A program made the translations under genes and the position numbers. The notes under the pieces are model-generated. The model made no database searches. It saw only the letters and a program-made list of their open reading frames with translations, and was not told the origin of the DNA. Of a DNA stretch of 64,000 nt, positions 52,828 through 63,304 are shown piece after piece; the stretch's first letter is position 1; each line of letters starts with the position of its first letter. The stretch is from Candidatus Berkelbacteria bacterium (lineage in GTDB: Bacteria; Patescibacteriota; UBA1384; 2-12-FULL-50-11): positions 81,415 to 145,414 of the forward strand of contig CP066697.1 in NCBI GenBank assembly GCA_016432625.1, read 5' to 3'.

Positions 52828-55430
52828 TAGCCACGGTGATGCGGTGCGTTAACGAGGCCGCAGTTTTTGTATTTGTACGGCCGCCCCGTTTCGGGATTAA
52901 CAGCGCCGCACGGACACGGATCGTTACGGCCAACTTTCAGGTCGCTCTTCGTGGCCGGGAGCTTATCCTCGCCCTTGTCCGGACCGCTCAAAACCGTTCG
53001 CGGCTGTCCGGTTTCGACAGTTGGCGGTGGTGCTTGCGGCTCGATCTGGACGTGTAGTAGCATCTCTCGAATTTGGCTGTTGATGTTCTGCTGTAGCAGA
53101 GTGAATAAGTTGTACGCTTCCTGTTTGTATTCCACCAAAGGATCACGCTGGCCGTGCGCTCTGAGGCCAATACTTTCGCGCAGATCCTCCATCGTACCCA
53201 GATGCTCTACCCAGAGAACGTCAATTGCCCGAAGTGTTACGGCGCGCTCGACACTGAAAAGCAGTTCTGGCTGCCAGTCCTTTATTTTTTTCTTGTATTC
53301 CTCGCCTTCTTCTTGCGACATGCTCTCCATGATTGAAGCGTGAAGCTGCTCCGCGGCCTCGGGGGATTTGGCGTGCAAGACGCGATGGCGTGAACGGTAG
53401 ATTGCTTCGCGGTGCTTATTCATGACGTCGTCGTATTCCACTAAATGCTTGCGGATCTCAAAGTTGTGAGTCTCCACTTTGCTTTGCGCTTGCTCTATCG
53501 CCCGGCTTAACAGTTTGTTATGAATTGCAACCTCGTCAGGCATATTTAGGCGCTCCATTAGGCCCTTCATCCGGTCGCCGCCGAAGATTCGCATCAAGTC
53601 GTCCTCCATTGAGAGGTAGAACTGCGAAGCGCCCGGGTCGCCTTGACGTCCGGATCGGCCACGGAGCTGGTTGTCGATTCGCCGTGATTCGTGACGCTCG
53701 GTGGCGACAACAAATAAACCGCCAAGCTCAAGCACGTCCTGATGCGCCTTCTCCCAGGTTTCAATATCTTTGTCGCTGGCAGTGCTCGCGGGCGCTGCCC
53801 CACCGAGAATAATATCAACGCCACGGCCGGCCATGTTCGTTGCGACAGTCACGGCGCCCAATCGTCCAGCCTGAGCGATAATCTCTCCCTCTTTTTGGTG
53901 ATGCTTAGCGTTCAGAACCGTGTGAGGCACCTTAAGGTTCTTAAGGATTCGTGACAACCTCTCTGATTTCGCCACAGAAACTGTACCGATTAAAATCGGT
54001 TGACCGGTAGCGTTAATTGCCTGGATGTCTTTGGCGACCGCGTTGAACTTGGCTCCCTCTGACTTATAAATTGCGTCCTCACGGTCGATGCGTTGATTAG
54101 GTCGATGTGTCGGAATTGTGACGACTTCCAGGCCGTAAATCTTCGAAAACTCCTCGGCTTCAGTAACGGCTGTACCGGTCATACCGGCCAGCTTGCCGTA
54201 GAGCCGGAATAGGTTCTGAAAAGTGATCGTCGCCAGCGTTACCGACTCTTCTTTGATGTTAACTTTTTCTTTAGCCTCAATGGCCTGGTGCAGTCCGCCC
54301 GAATAGCGCCGTCCTTGCAACATCCGACCAGTAAACTCATCAACGATTATTACTTCGCCGTCTTTAACGACGTAATCGCGGTTCTTGGCGAATAACGCCT
54401 CGGCTCTTAGCGAGACGTCAGCGTGATGAACAAGGCGAACATTCTCGGGATCATAAAGATTAGGAACTCCCAACAGTTGTTCGAGCTTGTGGATGCCGCT
54501 TGGTTCAAGGGAAGAAGTACGGGCCTTCTCGTCTGTCTTGTAGTCGATGTCTTTTTTGAGCTGTTTAATATGAACGGCAAACTGGGCATAAAGATCAGCC
54601 GATTCGCTTGAGGCGGCGGAGATAATAAGCGGCGTTCGAGCCTCGTCGATTAAGATTGAGTCGACTTCATCGACAATGGCATAGGCCAATTCGCGTTGCG
54701 CGAGTTGTGTCGGGTCTTGGGCCATGTTGTCGCGTAGGTAGTCGAAACCGAACTCGTTATTAGTGCCGTAAGTAATGTCAGCCCGGTAGGCATCCTGCTT
54801 AGCGCAAGGTCGAAGGTGCTTTAGGCGTTCGTTATCTTCTTCGCTCGTGAACTTGGTGTCATAAATCAAAGCGAACTGCGGTCCGATAACGCCAACGGTT
54901 AAGCCCAAGAAGTCGTAAATCGGCCCAATCCAACCGGCGTCACGTCGTGCTAGATAATCGTTAACAGTGACGAGATGCGCTCCGAGGCCAGTTAGCGCGT
55001 TAAGGTAGAGAGCTAGACTTGCAACCAGGGTTTTACCCTCGCCGGTTTTCATCTCAGCTATTTGACCCTGGTGCAAGACGGCGCCACCGATAATTTGGAC
55101 GTCGTAATGACGCAGGCCGATCGCCCGCTTCGAAGCCTCTCGGACGAGAGCGAAGGCGCGCGCTTCGTAGGGCTCAAGCAGTTCGTTGAGGGCTTTTTTG
55201 AGCTGCTTATTGCGCTCTGGACGATCATCGATAACTTGGGCGCTGTCCCAGATTACCCTAGCCTGCTGACTAATTTCTTCCTTAAGATTTAGCGAAGTAT
55301 TTTTCAGCTCCTCGTCACTGAGCTTCTCCAGCTCTGCTTCGAGTGAGTTGACTTTGTTGACAAAGCCAGTAAATCGGCCGACTTCCTTTTGATTTGGGTC
55401 ACCAAAAACCCGCGAAAGAAAACCCATCAA
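52827..55430 (-). CDS. secA: preprotein translocase ATPase SecA
   Basis: DEAD motor motifs and the C-terminal zinc finger CPCGAVNPETGRPYKYKNCG. Confidence 0.9.
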   Translation of the reverse strand: MMGFLSRVFGDPNQKEVGRFTGFVNKVNSLEAELEKLSDEELKNTSLNLKEEISQQARVIWDSAQVIDDRPERNKQLKKALNELLEPYEARAFALVREASKRAIGLRHYDVQIIGGAVLHQGQIAEMKTGEGKTLVASLALYLNALTGLGAHLVTVNDYLARRDAGWIGPIYDFLGLTVGVIGPQFALIYDTKFTSEEDNERLKHLRPCAKQDAYRADITYGTNNEFGFDYLRDNMAQDPTQLAQRELAYAIVDEVDSILIDEARTPLIISAASSESADLYAQFAVHIKQLKKDIDYKTDEKARTSSLEPSGIHKLEQLLGVPNLYDPENVRLVHHADVSLRAEALFAKNRDYVVKDGEVIIVDEFTGRMLQGRRYSGGLHQAIEAKEKVNIKEESVTLATITFQNLFRLYGKLAGMTGTAVTEAEEFSKIYGLEVVTIPTHRPNQRIDREDAIYKSEGAKFNAVAKDIQAINATGQPILIGTVSVAKSERLSRILKNLKVPHTVLNAKHHQKEGEIIAQAGRLGAVTVATNMAGRGVDIILGGAAPASTASDKDIETWEKAHQDVLELGGLFVVATERHESRRIDNQLRGRSGRQGDPGASQFYLSMEDDLMRIFGGDRMKGLMERLNMPDEVAIHNKLLSRAIEQAQSKVETHNFEIRKHLVEYDDVMNKHREAIYRSRHRVLHAKSPEAAEQLHASIMESMSQEEGEEYKKKIKDWQPELLFSVERAVTLRAIDVLWVEHLGTMEDLRESIGLRAHGQRDPLVEYKQEAYNLFTLLQQNINSQIREMLLHVQIEPQAPPPTVETGQPRTVLSGPDKGEDKLPATKSDLKVGRNDPCPCGAVNPETGRPYKYKNCGLVNAPHHRG

Positions 55431-55432
55431 CT

Positions 55433-56638
55433 TCAGCTACGTAGTGCTCGTGGCAGATCAATTCTACCGTCCGGCCGCTGGTGATTTTCGATTATAGCTA
55501 GCAGCAGCCGCTCTGTGGCTAAGGTGGCGTTCAACGTGTGAGCGTAAACCTCTTCACCGTCTTTGTCGCGAACCTTGATATTAAACGAGCGAGCCTGGTA
55601 GTCGCCGCAATTACTGGCAGAATGTGTCTCGCGATATCTTGCCTGACCAGGGAAGTACGACTCTAGATCGTATCTTTTAGTCGCTTTTGTCTCGAGATCC
55701 CCACTGCCAACTAAGACCATCTGGTAGGGCACATCAAACTGCGACACAAATTTTTCTTGTAAAGAGACTAATCGCTGATGCTCTTTCTCCGATTCTTCAG
55801 GACGGCAAATTGAAACCATCTCTACCTTATCGAACTGGTGCTGCCGAAACATCCCTTTAGTATCCTTGCCGTAGGATCCGGCTTCGCGCCTAAAACAAGT
55901 GGAGAATCCGGTGAATCGGAGGGGCAGTTTATCGACGGGATGGGTTTGCTCTGAACCGAGCGCTACTAAAAGTGGTTCACTCGTTCCAGTTAAGAAATGC
56001 TCCTCGACCTTGAAAGTGTCTTCACGGCCAACTGGGAAAAAGCCGGTCTTAAGTAATAGGTCGTCACGTACTAAGACCGGAGGTATAACGGGCGTAAAGC
56101 CGTTCCGTACGGCCCAGTTAAGGGCGAGATTCATAAGTTTCATATGAGCTAATGCGGCGTCGCGTTTGAGGAAACGGAATCGAGCGCCACTTGTTCGGGC
56201 GGCGGTAGCGCTATCTAGCCAGCCCAAGGCCTCCATTAATTCGTCGTGGGTCTTGCCGGTTTGAAGTCGTACTCGCCCGACGTTTCGGATGGCGATATTA
56301 GCCGACTCGCCTTCGCCAACAGGAACCTCGTCGGATAAAATTTGTGGGACTAGGGATAATGCATCCAGTCGGCGCTCGGCCACTTCCCGTTCCTTCGACT
56401 CGAGCTTCTGTAATTTTTCTTTGAGTTTCTTAAGCTTCGCCGAATTTTTCTGGGCTAATTCTTTGCTGGCGGTTAGCTGATTTCTTTCTTGACGTAACTG
56501 CTCGGCTTCTTGTAAAGCCGCCTTCCAACTTCGATCAAGCTCAAGAAAGGCGTCAACAAGTTCGGGATTACCGCCACGTTTAGTGATTGAGGCTTTGACT
56601 AGCTCTGGTTTTGTGCGAAGGATTTCGGGGTCTAACAT
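55433..56638 (-). CDS. serS: seryl-tRNA synthetase
   Basis: N-terminal coiled-coil arm and class II motifs (FRRE, GSYGKDTKGMFRQHQF). Confidence 0.9.
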   Translation of the reverse strand: MLDPEILRTKPELVKASITKRGGNPELVDAFLELDRSWKAALQEAEQLRQERNQLTASKELAQKNSAKLKKLKEKLQKLESKEREVAERRLDALSLVPQILSDEVPVGEGESANIAIRNVGRVRLQTGKTHDELMEALGWLDSATAARTSGARFRFLKRDAALAHMKLMNLALNWAVRNGFTPVIPPVLVRDDLLLKTGFFPVGREDTFKVEEHFLTGTSEPLLVALGSEQTHPVDKLPLRFTGFSTCFRREAGSYGKDTKGMFRQHQFDKVEMVSICRPEESEKEHQRLVSLQEKFVSQFDVPYQMVLVGSGDLETKATKRYDLESYFPGQARYRETHSASNCGDYQARSFNIKVRDKDGEEVYAHTLNATLATERLLLAIIENHQRPDGRIDLPRALRS

Positions 56639-56683
56639 TGCCCCTGTAGTGTACCAGAAGCGCTAACCCACCAAAAGCAAGTT

Positions 56684-57148
56684 CTAAGCGATGGAAACTA
56701 TCTTATAAGCGACGTCACCGTCCGGTGTATTGACCTTAACGGTCTCCTTCTCTTTGCGGCCCATCAAAGCTTGGCCAACAGGTGAGTCGGTGGAAATTCG
56801 GCCACTCGCTGGGTCTGATTCGGCTGGTCCGACGATCTCAAACTTGTCGTTCTCACCCTCGACCTCAACAGTGACACTTGAGCCAATTTGAATAGTTTTG
56901 CCGTCACCTTTACCATCAGCCACCACTTTGGCGTGCTTGATGACGTCTTCAAGCTCTTGAATGCGTCCTTCGATGAAAGACTGCTCGTCCTTGGCGGAAG
57001 AGTACTCAGCGTTCTCTGACAAGTCGCCCAATTCCTTGGCTGACTTAATACGACCGATAACATCAGGACGACGAACGTCGACGAGTTCTTTGAGCTCGCT
57101 TTGGAGTTTATCTAGGCCCTCTTGAGTAATCAGTATCTCTCTTTTCAT
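56684..57148 (-). CDS. greA: transcription elongation factor GreA
   Basis: ILITQEGLDKLQSEL...SENAEYSSAKDEQ acidic-tip motif. Confidence 0.85.
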   Translation of the reverse strand: MKREILITQEGLDKLQSELKELVDVRRPDVIGRIKSAKELGDLSENAEYSSAKDEQSFIEGRIQELEDVIKHAKVVADGKGDGKTIQIGSSVTVEVEGENDKFEIVGPAESDPASGRISTDSPVGQALMGRKEKETVKVNTPDGDVAYKIVSIA

Positions 57149-57335
57149 AATTACCTTTCTTAAAAAAAATTAACTGGCGAGCTTTTCGTATGAAAATAAC
57201 TCGCCACCCCAAGAAGTGAAACTAGCCATTAACAGAAAGATCTTAGCAAAACATTTTTCAACATGTCAAGCCTCAAACCCTACGGTCTTACATTAGGCCG
57301 AGGTTAAGAGTTGTTATGAGAAGTGGTATCTCCTA

Positions 57336-58985
57336 GTGAAATCCTCCAAATGTCGAGTTACAATTGCCCCGATGAGCGCAAAACAGGTTACGGCTCTACC
57401 CCCGTGGGAGAAACTACTACAACGCCTTCACGTGGGAGACGCGAGTATTCTTCCTGGCAGCCGTGAATATTCTTTGATAAAACTCATCACCGATACTCGA
57501 GTTGATCTCAGGGAAATGTTCGGAAAATTGGTGCTCGCTTTGTCGCGTCTCTTATCGGCAAACGCGGTTTTTATCGTGAGGAGCACCCCAACCTCCATTG
57601 CTCTGGTGGCCGGGACGCTCAATCGTGAGCGAGCGTTAAACCTCCTGGAGTCGGCGTTCATTCATCGACTAACTAGCGCTAGAGATAGCGTCGTGAAAAC
57701 CATTCCGGTCGGGGAGAAGAAGCTTCGCGCCAAGTATCGCTACGCCTATTGCCTCCCGCTTGGCGAGCGCCGCAACGGTTTTCAGATTGTTCTACTTAGC
57801 CAGGCGGAGCTAAGCAACGCCGAGAACAATACAATGCAACTTATTCAACGAGTCCTCGCTCTCAGAGTCAGAATAAGTGGTATGGCGGAGCAGCTAGCAA
57901 GAGAGGCGGAGAGCCTAAGCTTGCTTACGCACCATCTTAGCGAGGGTATGGCGGTCCTTGACGCGAACCTGAACGTCACGCTGTGGAACCGGCCAATGCA
58001 GCGGTTAACAGGCTACTCTCCTCGCGAGGCAACCGGTAAGCCTTATCAAGCGGTCTTCCGTCGGGATCAAGAGGCCGACTGGCTGAAAGACCTGATGAAT
58101 ATCTACCTCTCAACGCCTTTAAGGAATGTTTTCAATCGAGAGTTTGAGATAATTAGCCGCGACGGTAAACGATGTTGGGTCAATGTTTCAGGTTCGTTTA
58201 TGCGCCAAGCGGAAGATAGAATAGTTCAAACGATTCTGATAGTCAGAGACGTCACCCAGCTCAAGGCTCAAGAGGAGCGAAAAAATGAGTTTATCTCTAT
58301 CGCTACCCACGAACTACGGACGCCGATTACAGCTATTAAGGGCTATTTGAGCCTGCTCTCAAGAGACGAAACGGGCTTAACCGATTCGCAGAAGACCTAC
58401 TTGCGCCGCGCCGCCGAGGCTAATAATCGTTTAGCCGGCCTAGCCGAAGACTTATTGCGTACCGTTCAAATTGAAGAGGATCGTTTGAGCATTAATTTAC
58501 GGCCAGTGAATCTTAGAGAGATCTTGAACAGAGTGACGCGTGATCTCAAAACCAAAGCTGAAGGTAAGGGCATTGCCTTTAGCTATGTTCCCCCGGGTTT
58601 TGAGGCGTGGGTAACTGCCGACGAAGAAAAGCTGCACCAGGTATTCACGAACTTGATTGATAACGCTCTCAAGTACACAAACAAGGGGTCGGTCAGGGTC
58701 TACCTAGACAAATTTGAAACGAACGGCGAGCCGCGCATTATCGTCCATATTCAGGACACGGGAATTGGAATAAGTTCCAAAAACTACGATGTGATTTTCG
58801 AGAAGTTCCGTCGTACTCACAACACTGCCCAAATCCGAGAATCAGGAGCGGGTTTAGGACTTTTTATAGTTAAGTCATTTGTAGAAAAACAAGGTGGAAA
58901 AATAAGTGTGAATAGTAGAATGGGCAGAGGAACAACCTTCTCGGTGCAGTTCCCGGCGACGGAGAATCCTAAGCCACTAAATTAA
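57336..58985 (+). CDS. sensor histidine kinase (PAS, HisKA, HATPase_c)
   Basis: H-box ATHELRTPITAIKGY, N/G boxes (NLIDNALKYT, DTGIGI, GGAGLGL). Confidence 0.8.
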   Translation: MKSSKCRVTIAPMSAKQVTALPPWEKLLQRLHVGDASILPGSREYSLIKLITDTRVDLREMFGKLVLALSRLLSANAVFIVRSTPTSIALVAGTLNRERALNLLESAFIHRLTSARDSVVKTIPVGEKKLRAKYRYAYCLPLGERRNGFQIVLLSQAELSNAENNTMQLIQRVLALRVRISGMAEQLAREAESLSLLTHHLSEGMAVLDANLNVTLWNRPMQRLTGYSPREATGKPYQAVFRRDQEADWLKDLMNIYLSTPLRNVFNREFEIISRDGKRCWVNVSGSFMRQAEDRIVQTILIVRDVTQLKAQEERKNEFISIATHELRTPITAIKGYLSLLSRDETGLTDSQKTYLRRAAEANNRLAGLAEDLLRTVQIEEDRLSINLRPVNLREILNRVTRDLKTKAEGKGIAFSYVPPGFEAWVTADEEKLHQVFTNLIDNALKYTNKGSVRVYLDKFETNGEPRIIVHIQDTGIGISSKNYDVIFEKFRRTHNTAQIRESGAGLGLFIVKSFVEKQGGKISVNSRMGRGTTFSVQFPATENPKPLN

Positions 58986-58995
58986 GGAGAAAAAT

Positions 58996-59379
58996 ATGAG
59001 CAAAAAAGTTTTACTGGTTGAGGATGAGCCGCTGTTAATCGATCTGTACGAGGAACGTTTTAAGGAGGAGGATTTTGATTTAGTTACTGCTGAAACCGGG
59101 GAGGACGCACTTAAGGTTGCCGAGAAAGGCAATATCGATTTAGTGCTTCTAGATATCCTTTTGCCTGGTATCAACGGTTTCGAGGTCCTGCGCCGTCTCA
59201 AAGCCAACATGGAAACAAGAGATGTGCCGGTAATCGTCCTTACCAACCTGGGCAGTGAACAGTCGGATAAGGACAAGCAGTTGGCTCTATCGCTTGGTGC
59301 GATTGACTACCTCGTGAAGTCTTATCACACCCCGGACGAAATGGTGGAGATAATTAAGAAGCGACTGGAACTATCGTAA
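58996..59379 (+). CDS. single-domain response regulator (CheY-like receiver)
   Basis: VLLVEDEP...LVLLDILLPG...VIVLTN receiver motifs; no output domain. Confidence 0.75.
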   Translation: MSKKVLLVEDEPLLIDLYEERFKEEDFDLVTAETGEDALKVAEKGNIDLVLLDILLPGINGFEVLRRLKANMETRDVPVIVLTNLGSEQSDKDKQLALSLGAIDYLVKSYHTPDEMVEIIKKRLELS

Positions 59380-59504
59380 TAGTCGCCTCTTACTGCTCGC
59401 ATTAAGCAAGCGCTCGCCATCAAAAATAGGCCGGAGCTCGGCTCGTAGCTGGCTCTTAACAGTCTAAGGCAGAACGGTCGTATCTATCTGAGTAGGAGGT
59501 GGAG

Positions 59505-60671
59505 TTAAAACCCGGCCTCTTCCCCGAAGACTTTTTTGAATAGGCTCCCAACATACAGTTCGACAGCGTCCTCAAAGTGTCTTGGGTCACGGTCAAGCTT
59601 CTCGTTAATTTTGTCGAGACGGTAGATGACGGTATTTCTGTGCACCTTTAGCTGCTCGGCGGTCTGGGTGAGGTTGAGGTTAGCAGCTAAGAATGCCTCC
59701 AAAGTATCGACAAGCTCGGGATCGTCTAGCTTGTCGAATAGGTGTTTGGCATAGTCGCGCTTTTGCTCGTCGGTACCGCTTAGCAGCAAGGGTAGAACCC
59801 CCAGGCCTTCGAAACGGTGAGCTTGGTCGGTGCCGGTGATCCGTTTGCCGATCTTAAGGATTTGGGTTGACTCCTGAACGGAGCGTAATAAACCATTCGC
59901 TGAGGTTGAGGGGGTACCGATACCGATCGTCACTTCCTTGATGTAGACGTTCCGGAGTGACGAGGTAATCTCTGCGAATTGTTTTTCCATCAACGCGCAG
60001 AACTTTGTGTAGTCGGTGTCGTAAAGGTCCTTCAACACCAGGAACGTATCGCCGCCAAGAAAGCCGATCAGATTATCTTTATTGCGACTGAAGAAACTGT
60101 TTAGATTGGTCTCGATATCTCTCTTCTTTGCCGCAATCAAATCACCTTTATCGCCGAGGGGCTGACCGGCGGTGTGCAGGTAATTGTCCCAGAACCCCTT
60201 CAGCTCGATGGCCAGAGCGACTCGTGGTAAATCAAGCCGATACCCGAGGGCAAGGAGTTGTTGCTCTAACTCTTCGGCGTCAATCGAGAGCGGTTTGTAG
60301 GCAACACGGGTTAAGAGTAAGTCCACAGCATCAGGTCGAGGACGGTGCGTAAGAATGAACTGATGGATGACGAGCTCAGCGAGGCTGTTAATTATTTGGA
60401 TCATCTGTAAGTCTTCACCAGAAATTTCAGTCACGACCATGGCGTAGAATTTACCGTCGACAAAAATTGGCACTGCCTGTAACTCCTCCTCACCCTCTAT
60501 CGGTAAGGAGTGGACGTCGGCCCGCAAGGTCTCTTTAAGGGAGAATCGTTTTCGACTGGCAAAATCGCTAGCCGTATCGTAGACCTGCCCGCGTTGGTCG
60601 GTAATGGCGATTGACTTGCCGATGACCTGCTTAATATTTTCGTAAAGTCTCTGTAATAGAAATGGTGACAT
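59505..60671 (-). CDS. PucR/CdaR-family transcriptional regulator
   Basis: C-terminal PucR-type HTH TLEAFLAANLNLTQTAEQLKVHRNTVIYRL. Confidence 0.65.
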   Translation of the reverse strand: MSPFLLQRLYENIKQVIGKSIAITDQRGQVYDTASDFASRKRFSLKETLRADVHSLPIEGEEELQAVPIFVDGKFYAMVVTEISGEDLQMIQIINSLAELVIHQFILTHRPRPDAVDLLLTRVAYKPLSIDAEELEQQLLALGYRLDLPRVALAIELKGFWDNYLHTAGQPLGDKGDLIAAKKRDIETNLNSFFSRNKDNLIGFLGGDTFLVLKDLYDTDYTKFCALMEKQFAEITSSLRNVYIKEVTIGIGTPSTSANGLLRSVQESTQILKIGKRITGTDQAHRFEGLGVLPLLLSGTDEQKRDYAKHLFDKLDDPELVDTLEAFLAANLNLTQTAEQLKVHRNTVIYRLDKINEKLDRDPRHFEDAVELYVGSLFKKVFGEEAGF

Positions 60672-60785
60672 TCCTACTCCTCTCTAGAGCTTTTTATATA
60701 TTTACACAATTCACTATGCCAAGTTAGGCGCTTAATACAATAGAAACACAGCAATAGAGCGATTCAATTGTAATTTGTGACAAAA

Positions 60786-62828
60786 TTACTGGTTCTCTTG
60801 AACTGGATTAGCAGGGACGATCGGAGTCAGAGGTAGGTTGAAATAGCGCTCGATGGTATTCTTGGCAACCGGCGCTGCCACGGCAAAGCCCTCGCCGCCG
60901 CCCTCGACGATTACAGAAACAACAATCTCGGGATTATTGTAGGGCGCAAATGCGGTAAACCAAGAGTGGGTTTTATCTTTAGATTTGGAGGTTTGCGCTG
61001 TACCAGTTTTAGCCGCTACCTCTATAGGGAGGCTACTAAAAGATCGTGCTGAGCCAGAGAGCACGGCTTGGCGCATTCCCTCACGCACAATCTGAAGCAC
61101 CTCCTCGTCCATTATCTGCTCTTTCAAAATCACTGGGTCGCGATCTTTGGTCTGGCTAGCGTTAGCGGCCAAGACGGTTTTAACTACCCTAGGTTGTAAT
61201 AATTTACCGCCATTGGCGATCGAAGCTGTGGCTCTGGCAAGCTGCAGGGGTGTCACCAGCAAGTTGCCCTGGCCGATAGATGTGTTGTAAGTATCGCCAA
61301 GGAACCAGCTCTCTTTCTTAACTCTCTTTTTCCAGTCGGGGCTTGGAACTAGACCCTTGGCTTCAGCACCTTCACCTAAATCAATCCCCGTGGCGGCACC
61401 GAAACCGAATTTCTCAAGGTAATTTTTTAACCGTTCAATGCCCAAGCCCGTTACCTGTTTATAGCCACCGCCCAGTGCGAAGAAAAAGATGTTGTTACTC
61501 TCAGCAATTGCTTGCTTAACGTTACTCCTGCCGTGGGTCTTCCAGTCAGAGAATGTCGTTTGGCCGACCACAATTTTACCTTCCGAAGTGTCTATCACGG
61601 TGCTCGCAGAAATAGTTCGTTCTTGCAAAGCGGCCGAGGCAACAAACGGCTTGATTGTTGAACCAGACGGGTACTGGCCTGCGATTGCGCGATTGATTAG
61701 TGGGGCGCCAGGGTCGGAAAGAATTTTTTTCCGCTCCTCACTATTAACTGAGGAAGAGAATAGATTGTTGTCAAAGGTCGGGAAACTAACCATTGCGATG
61801 ATATCACCGGAACGCACATCCATAGCAACTGCCGCACCGCTAGTAGCGCCATTCTTCTCAATAGATGCTCTCAAGGCTTCAGCAGTCACTCGTTGTATCT
61901 CTGCGTCTAGACCTAGGATCAATGACTTGCCTGGTACCGGCAAAGTGGATCCGATCGGTCGTACTGCTCGGCCAAGCGAATCGATCTCGAGCGTTTCGGT
62001 TCCCGGTAAACCTTGTAGCTCCGTATCGTAACTGCGCTCGACCCCCGATTTACCTATCAAACTAGTGCTTAGCAGCTCTTGACGGTCTTCTAAATCTTCA
62101 GCGGTAACTTTGCCGATGTAGCCGATTAAGTGCCCCAATCCAGGCAGGTCGCCGTAGCGCCGACTCGGGGTTTTGTTAAGAACAATGCCGTGCAGGCCAA
62201 AAAGCTTGACCTCAAGCGATAAGGCACGGTCGCGGTCGATGCCCTCTTCTAGCGCGACGGTTTCCTTATTCAAGTTAGGTAAAATCAGCGTCGATAGTTC
62301 CTCGACCGAGCGACCTAGAACCGAGCTAAGCTTAGCGAGGTATTCCTGTCGCTTGGTTTTGTCTTTGGGGAAGTCGGCCGGGTCCAATTCGATAGTAAAA
62401 CTTGGTTCGTTGCGTACGAGCGGCACGCCCTTACGATCGAAGATTAAACCCCGTGGGGCCGGTGTCGGTTTTGTCTCTAGGCGGTTACCTTCGGCTAACG
62501 AGTAGTTCTCCTCGCCTTGGGTAATCTGCAGCCCGATTAGGCGTACCCCCAACACTAGGGCGACGACGATAACGACGGCCTTGAATAACAGGAACCCTGG
62601 CAACTGTTCAACGTTTTCATCGAAGTCGCCGTTGGCGCTACCGTAGCCGCTCATAATACGCTCAAAGTCCTCGTCGACATTTGTCAGCTTGTAGTCGGCT
62701 TGGTACTCATTCTCCACCCGTTTAAGTGAGGTGATCGGTACGAACGGGTCGAATAACCCTTTGTCGCTGGGTCGCATTAAACTTCGTGGGTGCCAAACTA
62801 ACTTCCAAAGCCATTTGATGAATTTCAT
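60786..62828 (-). CDS. mrdA: penicillin-binding protein 2 (elongasome transpeptidase)
   Basis: SGSTIKPF (SxxK), SNN and KTGTAQ motifs; located next to mreD and mreC. Confidence 0.8.
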   Translation of the reverse strand: MKFIKWLWKLVWHPRSLMRPSDKGLFDPFVPITSLKRVENEYQADYKLTNVDEDFERIMSGYGSANGDFDENVEQLPGFLLFKAVVIVVALVLGVRLIGLQITQGEENYSLAEGNRLETKPTPAPRGLIFDRKGVPLVRNEPSFTIELDPADFPKDKTKRQEYLAKLSSVLGRSVEELSTLILPNLNKETVALEEGIDRDRALSLEVKLFGLHGIVLNKTPSRRYGDLPGLGHLIGYIGKVTAEDLEDRQELLSTSLIGKSGVERSYDTELQGLPGTETLEIDSLGRAVRPIGSTLPVPGKSLILGLDAEIQRVTAEALRASIEKNGATSGAAVAMDVRSGDIIAMVSFPTFDNNLFSSSVNSEERKKILSDPGAPLINRAIAGQYPSGSTIKPFVASAALQERTISASTVIDTSEGKIVVGQTTFSDWKTHGRSNVKQAIAESNNIFFFALGGGYKQVTGLGIERLKNYLEKFGFGAATGIDLGEGAEAKGLVPSPDWKKRVKKESWFLGDTYNTSIGQGNLLVTPLQLARATASIANGGKLLQPRVVKTVLAANASQTKDRDPVILKEQIMDEEVLQIVREGMRQAVLSGSARSFSSLPIEVAAKTGTAQTSKSKDKTHSWFTAFAPYNNPEIVVSVIVEGGGEGFAVAAPVAKNTIERYFNLPLTPIVPANPVQENQ

Positions 62829-63304
62829 TAGAGTCTCCGGCCGGTCCAGCGTTGTAAGAAGCGGAACCGGAAGGCTAGCACATAGTATGTGACCACGCCG
62901 GCGATTACATTGGCAAGCACGCTGAATAGAATGCTCATAAGATCAAACGAACCAGCGAACGCACTTAGAATTACAGCCGCCAGTACTGAAACAGAGGCTA
63001 AGGTCGCTAGGGCAAGCATAATTGAGGACACCTCGAAGAAACGGCTTTTGAGTAGATCCGTCACGAAGCAACAGGCTATCAATGTGATAAGCCAGCTGCC
63101 GAAAGGCAGGAAGCCAATTAAATCGAAAGCGACGCCGAGTAGAGCAGCCCAGCGCAGCCCGGTTTTCTGATCAACGAACCAAGTGAAGGCCCACACGCCA
63201 AGCACCGCCAAACTTATGACGCCGCCGTTAGTTCCTTGTCTGCCGAGCGGTCCAAGCTCTAGGGATAAGACAATAAAGGCCAAAATTAGTTGCAACAACA
63301 CCAT
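62828..63304 (-). CDS. mreD: rod-shape determining protein MreD-like
   Basis: 158-aa polytopic membrane protein between mreC and pbp2. Confidence 0.55.
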   Translation of the reverse strand: MVLLQLILAFIVLSLELGPLGRQGTNGGVISLAVLGVWAFTWFVDQKTGLRWAALLGVAFDLIGFLPFGSWLITLIACCFVTDLLKSRFFEVSSIMLALATLASVSVLAAVILSAFAGSFDLMSILFSVLANVIAGVVTYYVLAFRFRFLQRWTGRRL